Below the pieces are notes generated by a model. The model had not been told where the DNA came from and did not search any database. It saw only the letters and a list, made by a program, of their open reading frames with translations. The translations under genes were made by a program, and so were the position numbers. A DNA stretch of 64,000 nucleotides from Octopus sinensis (taxonomy: Eukaryota), in the NCBI RefSeq assembly GCF_006345805.1, contig NC_043004.1, positions 35,526,001-35,590,000 on the forward strand, read 5' to 3'. How positions within the stretch are numbered: the first letter of the stretch is position 1; each line of letters begins with the position of its first letter. Below, in pieces: positions 12,571 to 25,108 of this stretch.

Positions 12571-13929
12571 CAACATCAAAACAAACCAAAACAGAATAAA
12601 ATAAACCAGTCACTTTTGTTATTGTGCATGTCATGGATATCAGTTTCTCTACTTTTGTTTTGTTTATTTTTACACTTAAATTACCCTTGCTACTGCCGAC
12701 CGTTTTACAGCATGGATTGGTGAGACAATAAAACCACCAAAAGCAATAAAAGTATCAGAACTAATTCCTCGATTAAAATAACAAATTGCAGTTCCACAGA
12801 ATTCTTTAAATGAAAAGGGAATTTCAAAACTAATTGCCAACTATTTCATTGGAGACATTTTAAAAATTAAATTTATTTATAAAGTCATAATTATTTTTAC
12901 AGAGAATCATTTCATTCTGGTTTCCTCTGACCATAAACAACAGAATAAGCTTTGTTTTCAACCAATGCTAACCAGTGATCACATAACAGCTGTTTGCTTA
13001 TATTTGTCTTAACGGCTTCCTCAGTTTGACGAGTGGCAGTTTCTGTTAGTCAAGAAATTATTCTGTATGATTTATATTTGTATCAATTGAAATAGCATTC
13101 ACTTAGTAAATGGTATTGCTCTGACAGGTACAAAGTCTAATTCCCCAGCGTCTAGACAGATCTTGCACAAATGTACATATTACAGCCTACTCCAACTGTC
13201 AACATTGCTTTGTCCGCTTCTCATCACTAGCTTCAGCAAACTAAAAGTAAAAGGGACTTTCAAATTATTAGTAATTAGTTAGCTTTCTTCCATTGATGGA
13301 GTATGAGCCACTCTTGTTTGTAATCTCTTTCATTCTCTGGCATGCTGTCTTCACACATTTATAATAATGTTTTCAATACACTTACAAACAAAAATACACA
13401 TAAGTACATTTGTTTGCATCAATGAATAAGTCTGTGGAGATACATTTCATTCGAACTATATATGTCCCCCAACTATTGCAATCTCTATCATTCTCTCTTC
13501 TTTCCTCTCTCTTGCTGTTTTGGCTCTTTCTATCAACCAACCTTCTTTCTTCCTTTCTTACTCTATTACTTTACAGACATTATCAAATGGACATCACCAC
13601 CGTCATCATCATCATCGCATCATCTTCCAGACTCTGGTCCATGTGCTTTCTGTCAGTTGCTTCTGTGGCATTGATTATGGACCTTTTGTAAAAAGAACTT
13701 ATCAACCAGATTCAGAAAGCCATTGCAATATAGAAAAGATTTCAATAACAGAAAGCAATACCATTCTTAATAGTGCATCATGCATCTTGAAACGCACATT
13801 GATACATAATGCATTATCAAGAACATAACAACATACCTCAGCATTCATTGTTCAATTTTCTTTAGAGGCATCCATTTGTTAAAACTCCCCTTCACCATGG
13901 ACATGAATTCCCTCCCCAATGTCCTGACA

Positions 13930-13960
13930 ATAATAATAATAACGATAAATAATAATGATG

Positions 13961-14003
<43 letters not shown>

Positions 14004-14005
14004 TA

Positions 14006-14085
<80 letters not shown>

Positions 14086-14139
14086 TAATAATAATAATAA
14101 TGATAAATAATAATAATAAAAATATTAATAATAATAATG

Positions 14140-14191
<52 letters not shown>

Positions 14192-14195
14192 TATT
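13930..14195. repeat. (AAT)n microsatellite, ~265 bp
   Basis: Directly visible with few interruptions. Confidence 0.98.
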
Positions 14196-14559
14196 AATGG
14201 TTATGATATTATAATACTAAATGTTCTTTGATATCAGTACTGCTGTGGCTACAGTGTCTGTGGTTGTTGCAGCATCTATTGATGATGTCCAAAAGAAAAG
14301 ACCCACACACCCTACATAAATGTATAGAGATATCATTTCCAAAAATCTCTTCACAAACATACATATATGCATGCACACACACACACTCACACACACACAC
14401 ACACACTCAATATTATAACATATTATAATTGTAAAGCTCCTTTAAGAATAATAACTATACACACACACACACATATATACATATATATATATAATATATT
14501 TGCTGTGTTGTTTTTTTACTTTTGTTGTTTTTGGTTTTGCTTTTATTCCTAAAGTCATC

Positions 14560-14760
14560 ATTCATCACCAATTTGCCTGATACTAGTGCCACATAAAAAG
14601 CACCCAGTACAGTCTGTAAAGTGGTTGGCATTAGGAAGGGCATCAAGCTTTATAAACTATGCCAAAAGCAGACAATGGAGCTGGTGTGACTCCCGGTCTT
14701 GCCAGCTCTTGTCAAACTGAAAATGGACACTAAATGATGGTGGTGATGATGATGATGTAT
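14560..14760 (+). mobile_element. RTE-type 3' tail copy
   Basis: AAAAGCACCC..GTGGTTGGCATTAGGAAGGGCATC.. ending in (GAT)n. Confidence 0.75.
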
Positions 14761-14785
14761 ATATACATATATATAGATGTGCGTA

Positions 14786-14817
<32 letters not shown>

Positions 14818-14819
14818 CA

Positions 14820-14960
14820 ACAGGCTTCCACACATTTTCCATCTACCAAATTCACTCACAAAACATTGGTCAGCCTGGAGCTATGATAGAAGACACTTGC
14901 CCAAGGTATGATGCAGTGGGATTGGACCCAGAACTATGAACCACACAACCGTACTTGCAT
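14820..14960 (-). mobile_element. SINE family A head
   Basis: AGAAGACACTTGCCCAAGGT is the reverse complement of the CORE-like ACCTTGGGCAAGTGTCTTCT. Confidence 0.75.
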
Positions 14961-15220
14961 ATATAAGTGTGTGTGTGTAGAAGTATTTTAGTTGACTGAA
15001 GGGTTTTGTGGTTGTGGTCATAATGGAGCAATATCTCCTATAACACATAACAGAGAGGCAGACACAAAGATGGACACACATGAAGTGAAAACATTCCTTC
15101 CGAAGAGGAAGGAGAAAACAATTGTCTAGGACAAGCGACTACCATTATAATTCTTCATTTTCCTTTCATTTTCAGAGATTTTCTTTTAATGTGTGTATTT
15201 ATGTGCATACATGTCTATAA

Positions 15221-15256
<36 letters not shown>

Positions 15257-16059
15257 TTTGGTTGTTTAAATAGAAGAATAACAAACAAATAATGGATGAG
15301 GGTTTAATGTATAAAATTGTTTGAGTGGCTGCAGATGATAAACCAAATAGAAATAAAATGGGTTAACATAATGAAATGATGTTTACGAGAGTGAAAAGAA
15401 AACAGACTCGAGGCAACACACTGGAGCCAATCAGAAGCTGAAGATGGGAATGGTGATGATGATGATGATGATATTGGTAATAATAGTGCATCTTCTTTGA
15501 CATCCTTTTCCGTTTCCGTAAACACAGTCTACAGTGTCAGAGCTATCACACACACACAACGCCAACCAGTTCTTTTCTCACGATTGGTGCCTATCTCTGG
15601 CCATGTCAGTAACATCACAGAATCTAATACTGTATCTGGCTACATCTGCCATAGTGATTCAGAGAAAACTAAACGTTAGAAGTATTTAGTGTAATTGTAG
15701 AGAGATATAAACCTATCTATTTTTGCTGTACATTTTACACAGAGTAGAATAACCATGAGAATTATTAGCCTAGATGTAACGTGATGTTATGCATTATCAA
15801 AATTCCAGGCTTAGCTTTGAAACTCATTCACTGAAGTAAAATATTTGAGCAAAGCTAGAAGGATGCAAGCCATTTGACTTTATTATATATAACTACAAGC
15901 TTCAGTGTGTTTTCTTATTTTGCAATATCTGTATAGAGATGTTACTGATATTGGGTGGAATTGGCTTGAGGTATAGAATGCCTTTATAATCATAATTTTT
16001 GTATTTTCTATAAAATCGTATGCAATACACTAATAAAACCCAAAATGAAATATCAAGTG

Positions 16060-17015
16060 CAGAATTTTTTTTTACTTAATCTGCGCAATGGACAGCATAA
16101 TTTAGAATCTGTTCTCATCAAGATAATAAAGGCTTGGGAAAGAAAAAATAACTTTTGCTGTTTATCATGGTAAATCATCACATTATAACATCAGCGCCAT
16201 AGAAGAAGGTAAAAAGAAAACCAATAAAAAAAAGCATTAAATATTGAAAGCTTAAAGATAGAAATCAATAATTAAATTCTTGACAAAGGAGCATTTCAAA
16301 AATTTGTGAATAAAATATTTGAAAAATGAAATTTATTTTAGTTGAAAACCACAAAATAGAACCAGTAAGAAGTGAGATTCTAGATTGTACAATTGATTTT
16401 GCTCCAAAAGAAATAAAAGAAAAACTACATATCTTAGGTAATTGAATTTGTCGTCACTAGCTCAGTCTAGTTTCAAAAACTGAAATATAATTCAAAAGCA
16501 CTAACATGTGTTATGGAAAACACATCTCACCCCAAACTGGTTTGGTTTCATTGACTACAAATTGAACATAGTTGAAAAGTGCTATTTTCCATGTAACAAG
16601 TTTCTTCTACAACACAATAGTAGAAGAGTGTTTCAAATTTACCATTCTAATATTTCCCAGATTTAATTGATAACTGGATGGTTGTCTTTGATTTAATAAT
16701 TTAATAGTATATAAAATTTCACTCGATGATTTATTTTGGAAGATTAAATTAGTTGTAGACTTTAATAATGCCTATAAAAGCATGAAAAATTACAGTTTAA
16801 AACAGACTCATTCAATCATTTATGATTAGGGTATGAAATTATACAGTATAGAATTACAAATTGCAGAAACTGAAAATTTCACTGAGTCAGCAAAGCATTA
16901 AATGTTAGCAATGACTTTGACAATTATTTTCATTTCTAGTCTCGGACATTTATTTATTTCACTGACATTAAAAGTTAAAGATAATCAGAATTATACAGTT
17001 TTATTTTCATATTAA
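16060..17015 (+). mobile_element. Possible Polinton/Maverick major capsid protein fossil
   Basis: Broken + frames in plausible order: NKGLGKK, KALNIESLKIEI, HPKLV/FID, FQIYHSNISQI, VDFNNAYKSM, GMKLYSIEL..NYTVLFSY*; only loose recalled similarity. Confidence 0.4.
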
Positions 17016-17668
17016 AACATGCTTCCAATTGATGCATCTTAATTAAATGTGCAAGTAAATCTGTTCCATTGTTATGTAAAGCATCAGTTCAGGCCTAGTT
17101 ACAGCATTGTTGTGAACTTCTAGTCAAGGTAAATAATTCTGCCTATCTTAATCTATACAACTGACAATGGTATCAAATTTCGTTCACAGAGTAGTAGTCA
17201 GTTGTGACAGCCAACGATAAAAATATTTGTTCCAATAACATGCAAAATATCCATATTTGAAAAGGAAAAACAAAAAAGAAATTAATAGCATCCCACTGTT
17301 GATAGTGTTTAAAACATTCTGTAAAACTGTTTGAAAATAAAAATATTTTTATAGAAAATATAATTAGAACATACATTTAGAAATATTTGCTCATTAAACC
17401 ATCACAAATAGAGAAGAAGCCTGTCCTCACTCTTACTACAAACAACAGAAACATTATCACCAGAACTGTTGCAGTGACGCAGTGGCAGTGATGCAGTGAC
17501 ATCAATGCCATGAAGAAAAGCAAGAGAAAACAAATATTTAGTATATTAATGATGTGTATATAAACATTTGATGTTTACGTTTTCCTATGATGCGTAAGTC
17601 AGCTGTGAATTCTTTCTATAAATGTCAGAGAAAAACTGCATTGTAGAAGAGAATTAAGGTTTTGCAGA

Positions 17669-17700
<32 letters not shown>

Positions 17701-18914
17701 GGTAGTGGTGTTGACGATGATAATGATGACGATAATGATATACAAATAAAAATATAGGTTTTGAAATGGAAAGAAAAAAAACACAGTTGAAAAAGGACAA
17801 TTAAAACAAGAATGCTGGTTTAATTAAGAGACTTGTAAAATATATAAATTTAGGAGAAAACTCAGCCACCTTTTATTTATTTCAACTGTAGCAGAGTGAC
17901 AGATATTCGTGTGCCAGACTAAAAGTATGGCAGGGTTTAGTTTCTTGTGGAGTAGTGTACTGGCATTTTAGATGTGGAATATCTACAGAATATGATGAGT
18001 GAATGAAGCAAAGTTGTTATGAGTTGATATTAGTTGAAGTGTGAATTTTTACTACAGTAGAAAAAAGCTTGATGGATTTCAGCCTCCCTATGTGGTAGCC
18101 ATATTGTTTATTCTCCTCCTTAAATATATCATACCCTTTGACCATGGTGAACACACACACATATCTATATAAAGTGGCCACTCTATGCATCCAACACTGC
18201 CAACACACAGCCCACTATGCCACTGTTCTCCTGACAACAAAGGGTTTCATATCTATTAAGAAGTACAATATAGAACATTAACATACATAACAAGTGTAAT
18301 GACCGTGAATATGGAAGATCTTCAAAGGATGTAAATAAATGAGATGAATATAATCCATTGGATTTAAAATCCATTGGCATATAATCCATTGGGTGTTTGA
18401 CTTTAAACCTGCTTGAAAGGCACTGATGAGCTAAAAGAGAGCAACCAATAGATGCAGTAGGGGGTGACAAAACTAGACTAAATAATCAATATGAATTATG
18501 ATTAATGCCAGATTAAATAGGGACGTGACCTGTTGCTGATGGTGCCTGTATGAAAGAAAGATCAAGTGAGCTTTGATTTCACATTGTTGGGTTTCACATT
18601 ATAAGATGAGTTTGGATGAAGGCAAGTGGCCAGTTGCAATTTAGCAAATCTGTCCAATCCATGTCAGCAATGTGGAACCCTCTTCATGTTTGAAACTGCT
18701 AGAGAAGGCTGCCAGCTGCCACTCTTCAAAAAATAAAAGATCCATTAGGAAAAGTCATCCTAGATATGTCTAAAAATAAAATAGCATTATTATGGTTGGA
18801 ATGTTTCAATCTGCTGGTTGAAACTGACTTGGTGCTGACATTAAAAGGACAATGATGATGGTGATGATGTGTTATTATATAGTCTTGTAATAGTTAATTA
18901 CTTTCACCATGTTG

Positions 18915-19290
18915 AAGCTGTAGTATTTTAAGAAGCTTGCTTCCCAACTACATGGTTCCGGGTTCAGTCCCACAGCGTGGCACCATGGACAAGTGTCTTC
19001 TACTGTAGCCTTGGGCCGACCAAAGACTCATGAGTGGATTTGGTAGACAGAAACTGAAAGAAGCCCATTGTATGTGTGTATGCATGTGTGTGTTTGTGTG
19101 CATTTGTACCCCACTATCGCTTGCAAGTAATGCTGGTGTGTTTACATCCCCGTAACTTAGCAGCTCAACAAAAGAGACAGACAGAATAAGTACTAAGCTT
19201 ACAAAGAATAAGTCCTGGGGTCAATTTGTTCGATTAAAGGTGGTGCTCCAGCATAGTCACAGTCAAATGACTGAAACAAGTAAAAGAATA
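18915..19290 (+). mobile_element. SINE family A, full length
   Basis: Head, central (TG)n and tail all present; homologous to 35420-35860. Confidence 0.9.
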
Positions 19291-19399
19291 ATATTACAAA
19301 CAACTAAGGTAGGAGTGGGGGCTCTGAAAGGGGTCTCAGGGAGTAGTGTCCCTGCCTTCCTGAGCTAGTTTTCCACCACATATCTTAAAAATTGTGGTA

Positions 19400-19655
19400 G
19401 AGGCCATGGTCTCAGGACCACTCATGTTTAGAAACTGAGGTTGGGAGTAAGCAAGGGCATGCTCCCTGTAGAAAATCCAGCTCCAAAAACAGCCTCATGA
19501 TAGCAAAGGAGAATGGGCACCAGCCAACCCAAAGGTTGGGGTGGGCTGCACCTGCCTACCTCGGTTGCTATGGCATTGAAGTAGAACCCTTTAACAGGGA
19601 CAAAACCCAGATTTAAAACACTGGACAATGATGATGATGTTGATGATGATGATAA
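19400..19655 (+). mobile_element. 3' tail of a different RTE-like family
   Basis: GCAAGGGCATGCTCCCTGTAGAAAATCCAGC.. ending in (GAT)n. Confidence 0.5.
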
Positions 19656-19860
19656 GGTGGCAAACTAGCAGAACTATTAGCACACTCAGCAAAATACCTA
19701 GCAGCATTTTGTCAGTGTTTATGCTCTGAGTTCAAGATCTGCTGAGGTCTACTTTACCTTTCATCTTTCCAGGGTTGATAAAATAAGTACCAGTGATATA
19801 CTGAGGATCGATGTAATCAATTTTTTCCCACTCTGACCTTGTGCCAAAATTTGAAATCAC
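19654..19860 (+). mobile_element. SINE family B
   Basis: GAGTTCAAG B-box; GGGTTGATAAAATAAGTACCAGT..GATCGATGTAATC. Confidence 0.75.
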
Positions 19861-20491
19861 TATTACAAACAACTACTGAAGACACCCAAAATAAATATTG
19901 CCCATGTTAATGTTTTGAGACCCAACACAGAGAAAGCTGAGTAGAAAAGGAGTTCACTTCTGATTGGTGAGGTCCTGGGCTCGATTCCACTCGGTGGCAT
20001 CTTGACAATGTCTTATATTATAGTTTCAGTTTACCCAAATCTTATGAGTGAAATTAAGTGAACAGAAATTGAATCAAAGCTTATTTGAAGGATTGGATAT
20101 ATCATTCAAATAATCAACATCATTATATTCTGTTGGACACTGATTCTATTCAAGAATTATGTTAGGAGCACAAGTGCCAAGGACTGTGGTTCCCAATCAT
20201 AGTTTGTAAGTCCCTCTGGGGTCCACAGAAGATTTTGCTGTTAATATTTATGTGTAATAAATTAGTTATACTAAAGATAGTTTGCCAACATAATATGGCA
20301 GAGCTGGTTTAGTACTGCCATGTTATGTTGGCAAACAATCGTTACTATAAAGTACTGTTACTGAATATCTCACGGTGTCAGATTTACAAAAAATAACTTT
20401 CTAATTAGTCTACAATATACAAAGTATTTAAACAATTTCTTTAATACAATTCTTAATAGTATTTAATCATGAGAATATGATTTTGTAAACA

Positions 20492-21330
20492 TTGATCTGC
20501 TGGATGTGTAATGTCAGTGTGCACATACAACAGAGTGTAAGCACCTTGAGAGAAATGTTGGACATAAGAAACATCAGGTGTGGCGTGCAAGAGAGACGTT
20601 TGTACTGGTATGGTCATGTACTACGGATAGATGAGGAGAGATGTGTGAAGAAGTACCACTTCCAAACAGTTGAAGGAATCTGGGGTAAAGGTAGACTCAG
20701 GAAGACATGGGATAAGGTGCTCAAGCATGACCTTCGAACGTTGTGCCTCACAGAGGTAATGAGGAAAGACCAAGACCTCTGGAGATATGCTGTAACTGCA
20801 AAGACCCGACAAATAAAGTGAGTTCACAGCTGCATCCTACACCAGTTTCGCATAACCAGCTCCAGCCCATTCAAAAGTACCTTGGATCGTAGGAGGACCT
20901 GCTGTGCTTACCGTGGATTGTAGGGCAACCCGCTGTGCTTGAGGAGACCTATTGAGTCAAGTACATCAACATAAAGATAAAAATCAAATGGAAATTGTAG
21001 TTGTGATACCCATGCTGGTGGTACGTAAAAAGCAACATCCAATCATTGCTAATGCCAGTACCGCCTTGACTGGCTTCTGTGCTTGTGGTGTCTAAAAAGC
21101 GCCAGCTGATCATGGCCATTACCAGCCTCCTCTGGCCCCTGTGCTGGTGGCACGTAAAAAGTACCCACTACACTCACAGAGTGATTGGCATTAGGAAGGG
21201 TATCCAGCTGTAGAAACACTGCCAGATCAGACTGGAGCCTGGTGCAGCCTCCGGGCTTCCCAAACCCCGGTTGAACTGTCCAACCCATACTAGCATGGAA
21301 AAAGGACGTTAAACGATGATGGTGATGATG
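20492..21330 (+). mobile_element. 5'-truncated RTE LINE (ORF C-terminus + 3' UTR + (GAT)n tail)
   Basis: RRLYWYGHVLRIDEERCVKK..GKGRLRKTWDKVLKHDL..WRYAV is the RTE C-terminal signature; continues into the repeated UTR. Confidence 0.92.
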
Positions 21331-23617
21331 ATTGAATGGATAGGAGAGTGCATCCAAGTAAAAGAAGAATCAAAAGGTGGCATGGGTAAAAAAAATGGTT
21401 GAGAAACACTGGTCTAAGGTATATTCAGCCGTTTACAATCAAACTCTGAGTTGACTGAAAACAACAGATAGAGATGCAAATATTCTCAGTTGTAGTTGTT
21501 CAAATAAATGGTTCCAGTTACAGCAAATATTTGAAACAGAGAAAATATGTTGAAGAGAAACGGCATTATTGTCAAGATTTATTAAAATAATTTTATTAAA
21601 ATACTATATGAATGTATGTGTGTGTGTGTATATGTATGAGAGTGGGGGAGAGAGAGAGAGAGAGAGAGATGTTTATATTTACAGCGTGAAAACTGGTGTA
21701 CTTTACATTAATGTCCCTTTATGGCCTTTGTCGTGGCTGTTTGGAAAAAAAAAAATCTGTGGTAATTGAATCGATATTTCAAAAATGGTGCTAATGCTTT
21801 TACTGTACCAAGAAATTTGCAGTTCAATGAAATTAGGAAAAAAAAACTTTATGGCCAACTGCACATGTGTATGGTTTTTTGCGATTTTTTTCTCTGTGTG
21901 TATGTGTAAGTCACGTTTGTGTTCACAGTCTAAAATTGGTGTTTTTAGACAGCACAGTTTTTTGTCTGTAAGCACACACACACACAAATAAATTAAACCA
22001 GTTTTTACATTTAAAAAAAATGAAACTTATAAACCATGACAATATAACCTTTTTAAAAAGAAATTGGTTTAATATTTACTATAATTCAATTAATTGTTGA
22101 TCCAACCAACTGTTACTTTGATCAATTGATTTTTCCGTCCACTGTTTTCTATAAATTGAATTACTATCAACCGTCCACATGCCATAATTCATAGAGCCAA
22201 CAGTTCACTTGATCAAACAACTTTAATATTTATTGTTAAAATTGACAGAAATCCAGCATTTATTTAAAGTTTGTCTCCCACAAATTTAAAGACCAACAAA
22301 ACATAAAAATAATTTTACATAAGGAAGGGGAAAGAGAGAGAGAGAGAGACAGTGAGAGAGAGAATGAAAACTGCTATGTGTGTAGACATACTTTATTTAA
22401 TAAAGTAATATCAAAATCTGAAAAGTTAATCAATCCAAAAGTTTTCCCACAAGATTCTTTTAATCATAACGATTTTTGGTAATCCAACCATTTCATGTTC
22501 TGTGACTATTCTCATGCTTTCCATTGACATTTTGAAGAAGAAGTAGACAGTTCATCCACAATTTTGCATTGGAAATAATTTTTATTTCTTGAAAGCAGCA
22601 ATTGGTAATATCTGTCTCTAGATTTGCAAAGAGTGTTGTAAGTTTTGCTACAATTTGGAGAAAACTCTGCTGAAGAGCTAGAATAAATTTTTATCAAAGA
22701 GTTCCTAAATGGTCCCTCAAGCACACTAGAAATTGCAACAGATAACCCTTGAATCAAATCCTATCACCTTAAAAGAAAAATATTTTAGTATTTGTTACAC
22801 CATCAGCATAAAAGATAGGATATTAAGGGCTGAAGCCCAGTTGCTTTGAAGTCTGCTGGATCTGTTCTACAACAACAATTAACATGAACTTACCAGTTCC
22901 TGCAGATAGAAGACAGATGAAGTCCATTGTTCATAAAAACATCAAAACAGACTAACCAAAATAATCTTGTAAATTCAAATAGTTCTACGCAAGCCAGAAA
23001 GGCTGTTGAATAATAATGTTCTCTTCTTAATTATATTTAATGATGTTTCTCAGGTGCAGTTCACTCATAGCATTTTCGGAGTTCTACTTTAGAGAATAAG
23101 TCATCAATACTTTGTTGTTTGTATGAGTTGTTGATTCACAATTCAATCAGTTAATTAAAACTCATTGTTTTCTATTTTTGTAAAAAAAAAAAAACCTGGG
23201 CTTTAGCTCTCTACCTTAAGCTCTTTAATTTTTGATGCCCTTTTGAGCTTTCATAATAACTCTTTCTAGAGCCCAATCTATGAAAGTAATTCATTGTTAG
23301 GATAATGTATGAAGGTGTTAAACAGGAAATTGATCAACCAAACTCACTGCAATTTTAAAATATTTTCTCAACAAATGTCTGCTGGTATCATCTATCAAGT
23401 TTATTTATAGTTTCAAAGACAAATGAGTGGTCAGATCCTGTATCAATCAGGATTTCAATAGATATTTCATATATTGATTATTGCCATAGTCAGAAGTTGA
23501 TCTTTACTAGAAAATCTCCTTTATCTCTGAAATCCTTCTTCTTTATTATTTCCCTCCGGTTTCTGATCTATTCTTGCTTAATCCCCTTGTTGTCAGATTC
23601 ATTTTGAAATACACCCA

Positions 23618-24080
23618 CATTCATCGTTCAACGTCCGTTCTCCACGCTAGCATGGGTTGGACAGTTCGACCGGGGATCTGGGAAGCCAGAAGGCTGCACC
23701 AGGCTCTGGTCTTATCTGGCAAAGTTTCTACAGCTGGATGCCCTTCCTAATGCCAACCACTCCGTGAGTGTAGTGGGTGCTTTTTACGTGCCACCTGCAC
23801 TGGTGCCAGGCGAGGCTGGCATTGGCCACGGTTGGATTGGTGCATTTTATGGAAGCCAGTCAAGGCGGCACTGGCTTCGGCTACGATTCGGATGGTGCTT
23901 TTTACGTGCCACCGACACGGAAGCCAGTCGAGGTGGCGCTGGCATCGGCCACAATTCGGATGGTGCATTTTATGGAAGCCAGTCGAGGCGGCACTGGCTT
24001 CAGCTACGATTCGGATGGTGCTTTTTACGTGCCACCGACATGGAAGCCAGTCGAGGCAGCGCTGGCATCGGCCACGTTAA
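23618..24080 (-). mobile_element. RTE-type 3' UTR/tail with a 123-bp higher-order tandem array
   Basis: Tail at 23618-23790; CTACGATTCGGATGGTGCTTTTTACGTGCC recurs at 23881 and 24004. Confidence 0.9.
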
Positions 24081-24529
24081 TTTCAAAAATAATAAACAAT
24101 GTAGTAAAATTACTTTGTCTTTATTAGGTTGATGTTTACAACATAAGTCAATATGAAATTTTAATAAAGATCGTTTCAAACCAGAAATTTTTTCCAAAGA
24201 AACAAGGATGGTCATGTTTTCTAATTCTTTTACAATTGTCTTTTTCTTTTTTTTTTTTTTTGCTGAAGTCATCAGAAACCTTTAGCGTATTTTGACCCTT
24301 TCTCCAAAATTGTACACCCCTTGAATCCCCTGTGTCTCCACATTTTTATTCAAAAAGTTAAAAGAAATTGTGCTTTAAAAAACCAGTGCTAACTCTACCA
24401 TGTCCAAATTCTCAAGTTTAAAAGAGTTTAAATATTTACAAGTATTACTGGATTACGGATTAAAGGATAAAAAAATGTCTGCTAAGAATAATGGGATCTT
24501 GGCCCAAAGTCTAAAGAATATCTGACAAG

Positions 24530-24840
24530 ATGTCACTTTCCAAGAAATTACAGTTGGTTTGCAATAATCTCTCACCATTTCTTGCTACAGTCTCTTGTTC
24601 TCCATCTCTAAACATCTCTCCTCACACTCTTACGGAACATCTCCCCCCCCCTGTTATCTCGGTACTACTTCTATTGCCCATCATGACGCTGTTCAGGGGG
24701 CTGGCTGCTTTTTACCCCCTAGTCATAGAAACCAGGCCAAAGCAGACATTCAAGCACAATGAACATCCTATCAAATCACTCATTCCATGCCAGTCTGGAG
24801 CACAGACGTTAGACGAGGAGGAGGAGGAGGAGGAGGAACA
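24530..24840 (+). mobile_element. Divergent RTE 3' UTR/tail ending in (GAG)n
   Basis: CATGCCAGTCTGGAGCACAGACGTTAGACGAGGAGGAG parallels CATGCTAGCATGGAAAGCAGACGTTAAACGATGATGAT. Confidence 0.55.
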
Positions 24841-25077
24841 AGAATGGCCAGATGAGAAAGTGTAAACTATGGAGGTCTGACACATTGCACTTTATACATT
24901 ACATCACTGCCTGTCAGAGTGTGCAGTATGGACTTCAGTTAGAGAATTTGTAAAACTGGGAAAATGGGGGTCAGTGTATCACCTCTGATTTTTTTTCTGA
25001 CAGGACAAAGGACTAATCAGGATTGAGGAGGGACCATAACAACCACAATATATTGTATACCAATAATAATAATAATG

Positions 25078-25108
<31 letters not shown>

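Noticed and set aside
13520-13828. ORF with a His-rich start after a pyrimidine tract and AG
   Set aside because: The His run comes from a CAT microsatellite; no recognisable domain; ORFs of this length are expected by chance in 64 kb
18420-18455. CTGATGA-GCT..AGC hammerhead-like start
   Set aside because: No GAAA after the stem and no family flanks
18017-18470. Minus ORFs MCWQCWMHRVA.. and ..RYETLCCQENSG..
   Set aside because: All frames from the nearby acceptor close early; no recognised family
23747-24132. Three overlapping repetitive ORFs; superficially CRISPR-like or repeat-protein-like
   Set aside because: It is a 123-bp VNTR in a retroelement UTR, with no unique spacers, no cas genes and a eukaryotic context
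24530-24865. 111-aa ATG ORF ending in poly-Glu
   Set aside because: It lies in an RTE 3' UTR, and the poly-E is the (GAG)n tail
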